NCBI RefSeq assembly: GCF_021028975.2 | Contig: NC_059428.1 | Location: 62,806,001-62,870,000, forward strand | Direction: 5' to 3' | Length of the DNA stretch: 64,000 nucleotides | Source of the DNA: Sphaerodactylus townsendi | Lineage: Eukaryota | In this document: piece by piece, positions 25,071 to 37,864 of the stretch | How positions within the stretch are numbered: the stretch's first letter is position 1 | Layout of the letters: the number at the start of each line of letters is the position of its first letter | Program-made: the position numbers and the translations under genes | Notes under the pieces: generated by a model | Told to the model about the DNA's origin: nothing | What the model saw: the letters and a program-made list of their open reading frames with translations, nothing else | Databases searched by the model: none

Positions 25071-25907
25071 GTACTATACACAGTTGTTAAAGTCCACACT
25101 CTTTTAACCTTTATTAAAGCACTTTCCTGAATCAATTGTTATATTAAAAAAAATTTTCCTGAATCAATTCCATTATAATAAAGCTCTTTGTAAAAATGCC
25201 CTCCTAAATAATTCAGTTTTGAAAGTTTGCCATTTGATTTATACATAAAGAAAACTTCTGTATCATTTTGCCATTCTCAAATAAATGATTCCATTTGAAA
25301 AGTTTCATTAAGATGGTATTTAATATAACTCAAAAGTGAAGGTTTTTTTAAAAGAATAGCTAGTAATTAATTTCAGGCATTCTTAAGTACACTAACTTTG
25401 CACACATTCTATTTTATTTACAGTTGAGAAGAATCTGGGACCGAATGGAAGTAGTATCCCTGATATGTCAGCCTTTAGTCAGTATAGAGATAATGGTTGT
25501 ATTATATTCTTCTAGTTTATGAGAGCCAGCGTGATATGGTGGTTAAGAGCAACTTACTGTAATCTGAAGAGCTGGGTTTGATTTCCCACCCCTCCACATG
25601 AAGCCTACTGGATGATCTTGGTGCAGTCAAAGCACTCTGAACTCTGTCCACCCACAGCAATGGCAAATCACCTCTGAACATCACTTGCCTTGAAAATCCT
25701 GTGGGGTTGCCATAAGTGATGTGATGGCATGTACGCATACACACAGAGTTCATTGTTTAAGAATATTCAGACTTACATTGAACTTCAGTGGTAAGTGAAC
25801 TGTGCCTTCTCAAGTCAGGTGATTTCATTACAACAGCTTGTGTGCAGATATGTGAAGTTTAGCTGTGGAGATACTTCTTTTTTGAAATAGGTGATTTCAC
25901 TTTCCAG

Positions 25908-26113
25908 TTCCACCAGCTCTTCCTGTTTGTGTGGTGCCCAGCTCAGCTATGAGTGGAACCGTCATTGAACTACGATGTAAGGAAAATGAAGGCATTCCTG
26001 CTTCTCAATACAAATGGTATAGGAATGGCATTGCTCTGCTGGAGGGTCGAGATTCAAGAAGGGGTAAAAAAGGGAGAGTTTCTTACACCATAAATACCAC
26101 CACCGGGATCCTG
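25908..26113 (+). CDS. JAM2: JAM2 exon 5 (Ig C2 domain)
   Basis: TTTCCAG acceptor; VPPALPVCVVPSSAMSGTVIELRCKENEGIPASQYKWYRNG...YTINTTTGIL; GTGAGT donor. Confidence 0.95.
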
Positions 26114-26888
26114 GTGAGTTGACATTTGTCCAACACTTAGCACTTGACTTTCCATGACTGATAGAAACTACTCCCTTCGATCTTTTTATCTACTGTAGTA
26201 ACAGTGAAAGAAATGCAAGGTAGCATCAGGACCTTGCTGTGTTTTGCATTAAGAGAGAAATCTCTCAACTAGTTCTGCAGATAATTCATAGGAAAGTGTT
26301 ATGTGGTTCAGTGCAAGATTTGACAGTGGTTCTGCTGGATATGGTCTACACCTGTAGGAGAGTAAAATAACTGGGGATGGGTTGACAAGAACAAAATTAA
26401 GGAGATGGATTTTAATAAGACATATTGTGTATCTGTTTTCAATAATATTTAAAGCCTATAAGAGTTTGCTTTGCATTGAGTATCCATCCCCTTCAAACTG
26501 GATTCTCGATTATGCATTCATTTTAGCCTCTTCGAAACTCACTGTGGCTTAGATCAGAGCTGCTTCACAGCTTCTGCAAATGGGCAAACTGCAACCCCCC
26601 ACCCCACCCCTCCCCACAGAGAAGGGGAATGGTCATGCATATTGCTTGCTTTGGCTTGCTCGCCCCTCCCCATCTTCCTCCACCTTTCGCCCACTTCCCC
26701 TGCCTATCCAATAGCAGTTGCAATCACTCTTTAGGCCACCAAAGTGGATCTGACAAAACACATACTTATCTGTTTTAATTTAATATAATTTTAAAATTTC
26801 AAGATGATGTTTTAGATTGCCACGATGATGTTTCAAACTGCCACATTTCTTAATAGACTGCATTTTCTTTTCTTTCTTTTTTAATTAG

Positions 26889-26991
26889 CTGTTCAATCCT
26901 GTTTCAAATAATGACACTGGAGATTATTACTGTGAAGCTACAAATGGAATTGGACCATCTCGGAAATGCCCTGTGAAGCGAATGCAAGTTG
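26889..26991 (+). CDS. JAM2: JAM2 exon 6
   Basis: LFNPVSNNDTGDYYCEATNGIGPSRKCPVKRMQV; AG acceptor and GTAAGT donor. Confidence 0.95.
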
Positions 26992-28356
26992 GTAAGTGTC
27001 AGTTGAAAAATGGTGTGAGAAAGTGGGCCAAGATGGCCAGATTAACTTCCCTACTTAAAGAAAATAATTTAATTAAGTTCATGAACAATTGGAAGCCCTT
27101 GATAGAATATCTAGAGAAAACAGAAAAAAATTAATTGATAATTAAGGATTGTTCAGATCCATTAGAGAAAAGTGAGGCTTTTAATGATGCTAAAGATTTA
27201 ATTTCATTTTGATTTTTAATGGTTAAATCCTGAAAATGTAGGGTTTTGGGGTTAATATTTGGTGTAGAAGAAACAAGTACTTTATAATTTGGTGAATTTT
27301 TATCTTTGTATGTTTTGGATTTTGATTTTGAAATACAAAGAAAATTGTCAACACAAAAAAAGGGGGGTGGGGGTGGGAAATGCCCTGTAAAACAAATAGC
27401 ATAAATAATACCAACAGAAATGATATTTACTTAAAATCCCAAATCTGATGCTTTACAAAACAGAGAACATTGTTAACAGAAGCACAATATACAAAAAGCA
27501 AGAAGAGCCCCTTGGGGGAAAAAAAACACCTTTCCGCTCATTTCACATTAAAAAGGCAAGTTCTGCTATGCTAATAACCAGCATTGTGGGATCTTGTCTC
27601 AGATATCCAACAGCACTGGTAGTTTGCCTTTAATTACACCATCAGTGATCTTACTAGGCTAATTCCGCTTCATATTGTGGATTGCCTGGACCAAGAGACG
27701 GACACGAATTCCCTAAATAATTAACATAGGCCAAGGCTCCAGTTGTTAAGTTCCATCATCTCATGCATCTTTCTAACATGATTCTCAATAAAAGTAAGTA
27801 CTAACCAGATTCATAATGTTGCAAGGAAAATATAGGATAGTGCACCTAAAATTGGAAATGGGTTACTTCATTTAAAAAGAATTCATAATGTGTGATGAAG
27901 ATCATGGCTTTTTGGTTTTAGAGTGAAGCTCCTTTAGAAATCTGCTAAATGCTATGTTTGTTTTTAAACCAAATGATAATAAGAAAGACCATTACTTTTT
28001 AGCAGCTGATTGCCCAGCGCTGGTCTGATTCAGAATGACTTTTTTTTACAGTACTCAGTGCTTTATAATAATTATTCTGTCAGTTTTTGCAATAATCCTC
28101 TAAGATAAACTCCTCTTTATCAATAATGATTGTCCTGTGTAAGAGATGGTCCTATGTAAGAGATGATGAGGCAAAGGAAAGAGAAGCTTGAGCAAAGTTT
28201 ATGACTGAGACAAAATCTGAACTTTCATTTTTAATTTGCAACATTATAGGACTATAGTTTTCCTGAACATTTAGAGTGGTAAGATCCATTGTCCTTTATC
28301 AAGGCATACAGTGACCACCGCCCATAGTGTTACATTTTCCTTGTTTTTACTTCTAG

Positions 28357-28464
28357 ATGACCTTAATGTTGGTGGCATTATAGCTGCTGTGGTAATTGTA
28401 TCATTAATAATAGCTTCCTGTGGTCTTGGAGTATATTATGCACAAACAAAAGGTTACTTTTCAA
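28357..28464 (+). CDS. JAM2: JAM2 exon 7 (transmembrane)
   Basis: 108 nt; DDLNVGGIIAAVVIVSLIIASCGLGVYYAQTKGYFS; GTAAGT donor. Confidence 0.95.
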
Positions 28465-28922
28465 GTAAGTAAAACTTTTTTCTACCTGCCCCCGTGATCT
28501 GGAAATCCATATCAAAAAAGTTTGCCCCCCCTTCATGCCAGGGAATAAATCTGATTTTTTTCTTTTTCTTGTATTTTAAATTTAAAAAGAAATTGTGTAT
28601 ATTCATGGTATTAAAAGATAAAATATGTTGATCCTATACAATACTGTACATATATTTTATGCATTTCTGTGTTTCTGAACGCTTTCCTGTGTGGTCTACT
28701 GACCTTCGGTGCCATCTGTGACTTCTGCAAAACTCCCCCAAATTTCTTATGCTGACCCATGATATATTGAAACTTCAATGGGGAAAGTTGTGATGTGGAA
28801 GGGCTAACGAATTCTTTGACCTTTAGCTGCAGATGGTGGCAACAGTCATAAGAGAAGCAAAACTGTCATTTGCTTAGGTCATGTGCTGTTTTCCAGCAAC
28901 ATCTGGTAAAGATAATGTGGGA

Positions 28923-29021
28923 CAGTGGTGGCGACCCTATGGCACAACTGGCCATGCTAGCAGGGGATTATGGGAATTGTAGTTCATGAACATCTGGAGT
29001 GCCATAGGGTTGCCACCACGG
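28923..29021. mobile_element. hAT MITE
   Basis: CAGTGGTGGCGACCCTATGGCAC ... GTGCCATAGGGTTGCCACCACGG inverted ends. Confidence 0.7.
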
Positions 29022-29150
29022 GCATAGGGGCACCTATGTTGCCTAATATGCTGATTCAAACATTGCAGATTGGTGACTTTACTTTTAGATAGATAAGAAA
29101 ATCTTTAATGGCATAATTAGAAAGAAAAAAATGCAGTATTATAATACAAT

Positions 29151-30190
29151 TATTTATTTTTTATTTATTTATTTCTTGAATTTGTAGACCGCCCCATCCC
29201 CGAGGTGCTCTGGGCGGTGCACAACAATATTCATTACAATCAGTAAAATTATTAAACCAATAAAATCTATTAAAAGCAGCGGTCAATACAAAGATATCAG
29301 GCACCCCAAAACCCAATTTAATTAGAGGCCTCCCTAAGGAAAGGGAACGGCCGGACTCCCCTCTAAGAGGGTAGCATATGGTGGTAATCGAATATAGAGA
29401 GAGGGGGGCGCACATTTGAGCGACTGGACTCTCCAAAGGCCCGAGGTGAACAACTCCCAGTCTTACGAGGCCTCTGCAGGAACTCACCAAGGTTACCCAC
29501 TTAGGTGTAAGTACAACTGGAGGAAGAGTGTTCCACCAGGCGGGGAGCCAGGGGCTTTGTGAAAGTCCTGGCCCGTGTGGAGGCTCAACTTCTGCATCAT
29601 TGAGGGGCCAGGAACCACCAATTGGCCTACTGCCTGGCCTTGACATGAGGCAGTGAAAGGCACATGGGGTAATCTTGGTCTCTCTAGAGTCTACAGAGGG
29701 GCCCCAGGCCGAGCGTAAAGACCTTAAAGGTCAAAACCCACACCTTGAAAATGATTTGGAATTCCACTGGAAGCCAATTACAACTGAGAGCAACACAGGG
29801 CTTGGATGTGATCCTTGAAGGCGCCCCCTGTGAGCAGAGCTGGCGGCTGCTGCATTTTACCGGACCAGTTTCAATTTCCCAAATCAAAGCGCCAAAGGGA
29901 GAGGCCAGCGTAGAAGCCGAGTTACAATAGTCCAAGCCTGGAAGGTGACCGTTGCATGTGAGATAAATCAGTGGCTAAGGTCACGCTTGGGAGAGGAAGG
30001 GGCCAGCCGCCGGGACCCACTGGCCGGAGATGGAAAAACACAGTCCGGGTTGTAAGGGCCACCTGGGTCTCCATCGAAAGAGACGAATCCAGGTGGACCC
30101 CCAGACTGCGGACGGAGGGGGCCGGCGCCAAAATGGTCCCCTCCCACTCCGGTGGCTGGAAATCCCCCCCTCCCCCTTGTGACCAAGCCA
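29151..30190 (-). mobile_element. L2-clade LINE 3' fragment
   Basis: (TTAT)n tail at the left end; minus-strand peptides SVRSLGVHLDSSLSMETQV..FFHLR, DYCNS, WLPVEFQIIFKV..LTFK. Confidence 0.75.
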
Positions 30191-30199
30191 AAGTTAAGA

Positions 30200-31600
30200 C
30201 CGTTTGCTAATAACAGAGCACAAAAGGTTAGCTAATGCTTTCAGTACTTCTGCAGATTCATTATCTAATAAACTTACCATGGTTGATAAATCAATATAAT
30301 CAACACAAGTTCTCAGCTAATCTATGTATCGGACAGCATAATAGCATGTGTTGGACCGATTCTTCATGAGCTAAGCTGCAGGAACAGAATCTTTCATTAA
30401 AAGGCATGTTCTATATTCTACCCTGACTGGTAGCTGAGGGGAGAATATTACATCTTGCAAGAGTTAATGCTCAACGGAGTTTGGGCTCTGTAACCAGTTA
30501 GAGATATCTAGCCCTAGTGTATGGTTTCAACGGTATGGCCAAATACAAGGGAGAACAGAGTTTATTTGCCTGCTGCATCAAATAGTTATGCTCTCGATCA
30601 TACAGTTTATTTTTGATAGACAGTTTTAGCTCATTAGCATTCAGTAAAGCCAATGCATCCAAGGATAAGCGCAGTTCATGAAGTCTCACCTCAATGAAGG
30701 ACCACCATTCTGTTTTGGTTATGAAAGAGAGAGCCTGCTAAGTGAGGCTTTTGTCACAGCTGTTAAAGCACAATCGTATCCAAAACTGGAAAGTCATGCA
30801 CCATGCTCTTGTATGGAGTAAGTGATGGCCAGTGTCCAAGCATATTGCAGCCTATGGGACAGAATGAGGTAAGCCAAGTATGTTATAGAGAAAGCATGAC
30901 TGAACTCTTTCCATATCCATGCTTGTATCCTCAGTGGGATGCCATACAGTAGTTGCATGGTGATTTTAGCGTTAAATGCCTTAATGGCTGCAGGTACAAA
31001 TTCATGCCCTTTTGTGTGAAAATAACAGCTGATGGCCTTGCAACTAAGTTTACTTGATTCAATAGCCAATTTCCTTTGGGTAATCAAAGAGGAATTATAA
31101 TGAAAGTACAGACCCAGGTATTTGAAATGTTTAACCTGTTCGAGCTTTTCATTTTTTATTAGCCAGCTAAATGGTCTCCAAGAACAAGCTAAAACCATGG
31201 TTTTTGACTTGAAAAATTAAGGAACAGTTGTTACCACTACAATATTCAGCACAGCATGCCAGTGAACGATTCAAACCAACTTTTGTGCAGGAGAGTAGTA
31301 TGGCATCATCAGCATGCAAAAGTAAAGGTATGCTGAGATGATTAAGAGTGGAGCTAAGTGACAGATCAACCAAAAAGAAGCCAGATCCTTTAAAAAAAGG
31401 TTAAATAAGGTCGGGGCCAGGGCACAACCATGTTTGACACCTTTATTGTTTGGTATATAAGTATACCATCAGGGGAGCATTTAACTTGACAGGTGGTATC
31501 ATGATGTAAGGCCATTAGTAAAGCAAGTAGCCTTTTGTCAGTTCCTAAGTTGGATTCAGAGTCAAAAGCCCCTTTTAAATCCCAAAAGGCCACAAACAGG
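30200..31600 (-). mobile_element. Degenerate non-LTR retrotransposon RT fragment (clade not assigned)
   Basis: Minus-strand motifs FWDLKGAFDS, LLHADDAILLS and LEQVKHFKYLG, with frameshifts. Confidence 0.75.
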
Positions 31601-31699
31601 GATGACTAACTTCTGCTAGTGTATTTTGTAATTAAAGTCCTGAGGGTCAAGTAGTGATCTAGGGTGGATTTTCCACGTTGTGTTACATAACCTCCACGT

Positions 31700-32195
31700 T
31701 AAATAAAGCATTTCCTGGGAGTGAACGCTGGGAGAGACTCCAGGTCTGGCTGCGAAGGTGAGCACTGTGCCAAGGGCGGTTGGGGGGGGGGGGGGGGCAA
31801 TCAGGAACCCTGCTGAGGTTGGGGGAAGCACTATGCCAACAGTGGAGGCCCAGGCAAGCAGAGCCTCGGTGATGGGGGGAAGTGAGCAGAGGGCCAATAG
31901 TTGGGGTGGCGTGTGTGTGAACAGACAGCCAATGTTATAGAGGGAAGGCAGAGAGCCAAAATAAAAGATAGGAGAGAGAAAATAACGCTTAGACCGGGAA
32001 GCAGAAAAAGATGATAAAGGAAAATGGAAAGGGGGAGATGGGGAAATAAATAGGATGAGTGAGTGGGAACAGAGGCAGAAAGTTTTCCCAAACATACAAC
32101 TGATGTTCAAACTACAGATCCTGCCTCACTGCTGTGCCCACCAACATCTGTTTAGACCCCACTGTATTGTTTACCACAGCAAGCTTTACTGCTAG
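31700..32195 (+). mobile_element. Probable non-autonomous Helitron-like repeat; partial second copy at 33273-33404
   Basis: 5' part TAAAGCAT..CTGGGAGTGAAC..GAGAGACTCCA..CAGGAACCCTGCTGAGGTTG..CAACAGTGGAGGCCCAGGCAAG is shared with 33273-33404. Ends in a weak hairpin plus CTAG|T at 32192-32195. Confidence 0.5.
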
Positions 32196-32241
32196 TGATA
32201 CATAAGAGATATTTTATTGCCTCTTTCTTCCTGTTTTCCAG

Positions 32242-32257
32242 AAAGGAATTCTTCAAT
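32242..32257 (+). CDS. JAM2: JAM2 exon 8 (16-nt micro-exon)
   Basis: TTTTCCAG|AAAGGAATTCTTCAAT|GTAAGT; encodes (K)RNSS(I); phases fit both neighbours. Confidence 0.85.
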
Positions 32258-32990
32258 GTAAGTATTTTTCCTGCTTATTTTTTAGTAGCAGACAATTTAA
32301 CTATAGTTAAACAGCTAAGCAGAATCTCTTGCATTAGTCACAAATGTCTCATTTTCTAGAGACTATAATCTCTCAATGTGGTCAAAGCTGCATAATGTTT
32401 ATGTATTAACTCTTATTTTCCTAATGTTAGCCATTAATTCTGAAATAAAGAAGCCCTGAAAGCATTATGTATTCAGCTTAGAAACACTGATATAGTTTAC
32501 AAAGAAAAAGTTTTAGACTTGATCAACAATTGTTCTTATGACAACACTAGGTGATTTTTGCCCCTTGCCAAACTTCCTTATGCCAGCAAAGCACAACTTT
32601 TCATCCATGAAGCTTGTGAATAACAGGATTTTCAATTTGTAGCTATTATTTATGGCCAATCAAAATGCTTCTCCACCTTACCAATTTAAAATTCTTGTAC
32701 AGTGGGTGTTCCGACGTTTCCATCTGCTAAATAAAGCAGCTTCCATGAACGCAGAGTCATATGTAAACAAAAAAAATCCTTACTTGGCAGAAGGGAACCT
32801 TGTGACACAGTCTGTTCTTTATCTTCTCGCATGCCAGTCACTTCACTGTAGTCTATTTTTAGTCCAGCACTATATCATCTTTTTAAAAGTGAAAATGGAA
32901 TTGAAACTAGAACACCAAGGCTTGCTTTAAGTAACATGCATAAGAAGCTGAAAATGTAAACAGCGGTCTTTTTTCAATTTGTGTTATCAG

Positions 32991-33030
32991 AAAGAAGAGT
33001 TCTAAGCCCAGCACAAAACAAAATGAAAAT
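32991..33030 (+). CDS. JAM2: JAM2 exon 9
   Basis: TTATCAG acceptor; 40 nt; (I)KKSSKPSTKQNEN; GTGAGT donor; restores the frame for the last exon. Confidence 0.85.
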
Positions 33031-33089
33031 GTGAGTATTTTGGGAGGGGGGCGGTGGTGGCATATACATACATATGTATCTAGAAATGT

Positions 33090-33240
33090 TCAGAGATGGT
33101 TTACCATTAGTGATCCCCCATCCAAATACTAACTGGGGTTGATCCTGTTTAGTTTCCAAGATCTGACATACTAACTAGGGTCAACCCTGCTTAGTTCCCA
33201 AGATGTAACAAGATCAGGAAAGCCTGGGCTATTCAGGTCA
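33090..33240 (-). mobile_element. 5S-derived SINE
   Basis: CCCATCCAAATACTAACT..ACCCTGCTTAGTTCCCAAGAT..AGATCAGG, reverse 5S-like. Confidence 0.6.
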
Positions 33241-34209
33241 GTGCACTTAATATATTACTTAATATATTAATACTAAAGCATCTCTGGGAGTGAACACTAG
33301 GAGAGACTCCAAGTCTGAACACCTTGCCAAGGACCGGGGGGAGGCGCAACCAGGAACCCTGCTGAGGTTGTGGGGCCCAACAGTGGAGGCCCAGGCAAGT
33401 AGAGCAAGTTGTATGTGAATTTTCTTGCTGCCATTCACACAGGGAATATAATACAAGGCACAGCAGCTAACTAATTTCAAGGCACAACAGCTTCTTAAAT
33501 AAGTCTGACATTTGTTAAGTCTGTTGGACTGTTCATATAACCTAGATCTTTTTGGTCTCTGTTTGATCCAGTTCATGTTCACGCTCACAGGGAGACCCTT
33601 CAGATCAAACCAGGCTATATACCGAGTGGCAATACAATTAAATAAGTGGCAACACTATAGAGCCTAGTTTACAGTGAAGTTTCCTTATTGTGATTGCAAA
33701 GGAAAACAGCTAGTTTACACCTGTGAACTAGCTTGGTAGCTCCTAATGAACTGCAGAAAAAAAATCTGTTCCTGCTTTTGTGAGAACTAACATTACTTTG
33801 TTCTGCAGCACTCAACAGTCCCCTCTACTTAGCATAAAGAAATTGTGCATTGAAAGCTATAACAGATAGTTTAGGAATATGGTAACTGTGGCATGAAGTC
33901 CAGATAATTCAGCTTTTTGGAATACTATTACATCTGAACTGATTGACTCAGAAAATATCATGTGCAGTAATAGCCACAAAATATGTGACACTCAGTATTT
34001 TGAGTATGATTATGAAAAAGGGCAATGATTCCAAGATATATTATTAAAAGCTGTATATATTTTTTTAAAAGCACAAAACAGCCGTGTTTTAACTTTATTG
34101 TAGAAACTTCTCTGAGATACAATCATGCTATTTCAGGCTAAGGGGTAAGAACAGTGGCTGAAAATGTCCAAACTATCATTTGTTGCTTTTCTAATTCTTC
34201 TCTCTTTAG

Positions 34210-34242
34210 GATTTCAAGCACACCAAGTCCTTTATTATCTAA
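34210..34242 (+). CDS. JAM2: JAM2 last coding exon (PDZ-binding tail)
   Basis: CTTTAG|GATTTCAAGCACACCAAGTCCTTTATTATCTAA = DFKHTKSFII*, the canonical JAM2 C-terminus. Total CDS 894 nt = 297 aa + stop. Confidence 0.97.
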   Translation, partial: DFKHTKSFII

Positions 34243-35736
34243 AAGAAATTCAACCTCTGTGAGGATCACCAAATGTTGTACAAAGAGATTTTTCAAATGT
34301 GTTCATTAGAAATTGTTAAACGCACCTCTGATCAGTGAATTAATGTTACAAGTTGAGGGCATGTTTGTCAAAGCTGATAATTTTCTGAAACGAGGCACTG
34401 TCTATCAATTGATTAGAGAAAATATTAAGACAGACCTCTTTCCTCTGATGTACAAATGAAGTCATTAAAGTCTAAAGCAGAAGGTGACTTCTGTAAATGA
34501 ATTGAGAAATTCTACATATCTGCAAGCAACTTGGACCAGAAGGGTGGGTGTTCAGTGTATTTTTTCCACTGCCAAATATTTATTTCAAGTGCCTTGACTT
34601 TCAGACCATACACTCAAATATAGTGAACATGTGTAAGTATAAACTTTTCAAAATGTAGTAACCTTACAACTATTTTGTTTTAAAAATCTCTTCCTAAAAG
34701 CCTATTTATGAATTCTGTTGCTGAAAATTATTTGTATATGTCTATTAGTGCCTTTTCAAAATTAACTGATGTTATAAATAACTTATATGCTGCTGTTTAA
34801 GACACATATTTGCATAAAAACGTTTTCATTCAATGACATCTATTGAAGGATCAATTGGAAATTAAAATATAAATATTTAAAAGACAAGGTAATGGTTGCA
34901 CTTCAGAGTTCTGAAAACATTTTATTTAGGGGCCAAATCCCAAAAAGTTTAATGTTAAAAAATGCTTGTACTAGTTCAACCTTTTTAAACAGGTGACTGT
35001 AATGCTATATAGAACTTAAACTTTTCAGAAAGTAAATTGTCCTGTAGCATATTACAGGATAATGCTCAATGTAGAGATGAGGCCTCTGTTATAGAATTCA
35101 CTTATATTCATTCACCAGAACTCCCTAAATTAGTTGGTTACAACACCAGCTTTGATATTTGTGGCATCAGGGAATAGTTTGTTGGAGTTGTGATGTTTAC
35201 ACAAACACAGACATTTCTTCTTTAATTCTGATGTTCTCAAAAAACTTTTTTGGGATTTTCCCTGCGAATGTGGAGTTCTTTAAAATTTGTACAACCATCT
35301 GTTCTTTCTGTACAAGGCCATGAGCCTTTGTATGGATACTTTAATCCACAATCTGAGGCCTTGTATAAAATCTGATAAATACTTCAACATGCATTCCAGA
35401 TAACATGCATAAATCAGGTGGCAGAGCTTACTGCTGCAATCCTGGCCCATGAGTATTTATTTTTCTAAGTTAGAGTCCCGAGGCAAAGCCAAATGATCAA
35501 TATTTTCTATAAGTTGTATAAAATCATCTTGTTTCAAGTTTTCTAATAAGACTAATGTCTTATTAACGTCTTAAGTTTACTCTAATGTTTTAAGTTTACT
35601 CTAATAACTGTGCTGCAGCTTACACTATTTCAAGCAAATATTGTACAGGTTTCTTGTTTTGACTTGTTTCTTTTTTGGGTTGGGTTCAAGTATCATATTG
35701 GTACTTTAAAAAATCAACAAGCTTTCAAAAATACTG

Positions 35737-35742
35737 AATAAA
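35737..35742 (+). terminator. Candidate JAM2 poly(A) signal
   Basis: AATAAA ~1.5 kb after the stop codon; an ATTAAA at 34861 is an alternative. Confidence 0.4.
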
Positions 35743-36002
35743 CTTGTAGTCTGCATTCATAAAGTTAAAATGTTTAAAATCTTTTATTTGTAAATTCAAC
35801 AACTGCACCTCATAATTAGACTTCCAGACTAGATGCCATACATTGGTGTGATTATGCCTGCCTCAAGAAAAAGGATATTAGACTGCTTTACTGATTTTTT
35901 GATCTTGTAAAACATTTTTTAAAATCCTCTCTAAGCAAAAGGCAATAACTGCCGTATGTATATTCTTCTGAAATCAGACACACACATTTGAACAACGAAC
36001 TG

Positions 36003-36008
36003 TTTATT
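36003..36008 (-). terminator. ATP5PF poly(A) signal
   Basis: AATAAA on the minus strand 65 nt after the stop codon. Confidence 0.7.
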
Positions 36009-36072
36009 TAAGTTACAACTGCAGACCTACGAAACGCATCCAACCTGACATTGGGTAGGCATGTCCCTCACA

Positions 36073-36101
36073 TTACTTCTGATCTTCTTCAAACTTGGGT
36101 T
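36073..36101 (-). CDS. ATP5PF: ATP5PF last coding exon
   Basis: TTGACAG acceptor; (E)PKFEEDQK*. Confidence 0.9.
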
Positions 36102-37099
36102 CTGTCAAGAAAAAAGCACTGTCAGCTAATTTCAAAAAACACCTCTACAAAAATAATGGCAAATTTGTTACCTAAATTTACAAGCCAATAGTTTGCAAAG
36201 TTTACTAGGTAGTAAGTACCATTGATGTATGGATGCACAAAAACATCTGAAAATAAGGAAATGATAACATGGTGCACTTTCAGAGAGCTGTATAGTAAAA
36301 AAGCAGTATCTGGAAAACTCCGCAATGCACTCTCAGCTCTTTGGGGTAAAGATCCTCAGTATACATAACCATATGTAATTGAATTCTTCAACTATGTGAA
36401 GAGCTACAAAATAAAAAATACGTTAATGTAAGAAAATAGCACATATTAGAAAATTACTAGTACTTTCAGGACTGTCCTTGTAATCAATCTGTTGTACATA
36501 TTTTTCCCATGCATATTCTCAAATATGCAACAGTAAGAAGACTAAAACACAAACATATTGGAATAAGAATCTATTAATACATTTATCATTAATTACATCA
36601 AAACAAGTGAATCTCCGTAACACTGGGCTAGATGTCACAAAAAGATCAACACATGCAAGGAGGAAGGGAATTTTCACTAATTCTCTCCCTCCTGTAGCAG
36701 CCCTTCTCTGTTCATACTACTCCTGAAGGTCCCTCAGGAGTGGGGAGGGGCATTTCAGGCTGCAGTGGGAGAGGGAAGCAATTTTTCAATATACAGGATT
36801 TATACAAGAACCAACCCACTTTGTTAAAATTTAGGATATACTTAATGCTTGTTTATCACTTGTGTTAAAATAAGAAGTATTTACTGCAGAATTTCTTGCC
36901 ATCATACGCTAAATTTCAGTCAACTAAAATGTATTTAGAATTTGGATATCTAGTTTCACACACTGAAGGCAGCTTTACTGATTGCAAGTTGGTAAGTCTT
37001 AAAATGATGTTCTTTAAACCTATTGGTTCTCCATACTTAAGCACCTCTAACAGCACAGTCTGGACTACAGACAAACCCTTCTAAGTCTACTGGGTTTAG

Positions 37100-37806
37100 A
37101 CAGGTAAAGGTACAAGCACCTGGTCAATACTGATCCATGGGGTAACATCATATCACAATGTTTATTAGACTATTTTTATGGGGAGGTCTGCCATTGACTT
37201 TCCCAGTCATTTACATTTTACCCCCAGCAACCTCAGTACTTATTTCACCAACCTTGGAAGGTGAACAGCCCCTTCCACAATGGAAGCAGTAGGGCAGTGT
37301 CAATGCGGTGCTGCCCCACCACTCCCAAAAAATCTTCCCGGTGGCATGGGGAGGCTCACAAACTGTGACAGCCTCCCTGCCACTGAGAAGCCTCAGTGGG
37401 TCACAATGAACTTATGCTAGTCAAAAAAATGGCTTAAATCTGGATTGTAACTCACCGGCGCAATGTCAGCAAAGGCTGGGAGGAAGCTGACTGATGTTGG
37501 CTCCTACCCTGGCCCCACCCATGCTATGCCCGTGGTGGAGGCACAGGGATGCTGCCAATGTCCTGTGCTGTGTCCAACCACTGGGGGATGGTGGCAGTTT
37601 CACTCCTCTGCCAGGGTAAGTGCCCTGGAGGGGGCCAATCCACTGGCATGATCACCCCGCTGCTCCCGCAGTTGGATCTGGCATTGGATGGGGCTCTGAG
37701 TCAACCTTGAGCCAGCTACCTGAAACCAACTTTGGTCAGGATTGGACTCAGGTCACGAGCAGAGTTTTGACAGAAGTACTGTAGCTTACTACTCTGTGCC
37801 ACGGGC
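37100..37806 (-). mobile_element. Sauria-type SINE split by an inserted DNA element (~37265-37695)
   Basis: GGTAAAGGT tail, TACTTATTTCACCAACCTTGGAAGG | TGAGTCAACCTTGAGCCAGCTACCTG junction halves, and a CTCTGTGCCAC head. Confidence 0.55.
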
Positions 37807-37864
37807 CATTTGGCTTTGAGCTGAACTGTAAATTTAGGTAAGTTTACAAGCTTTAATAGCTTAC

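Noticed and set aside
32703-32730. Candidate JAM2 exon 9 after TTGTACAG
   Set aside because: Hits TAA in frame; 32991-33030 fits phase, donor and homology.
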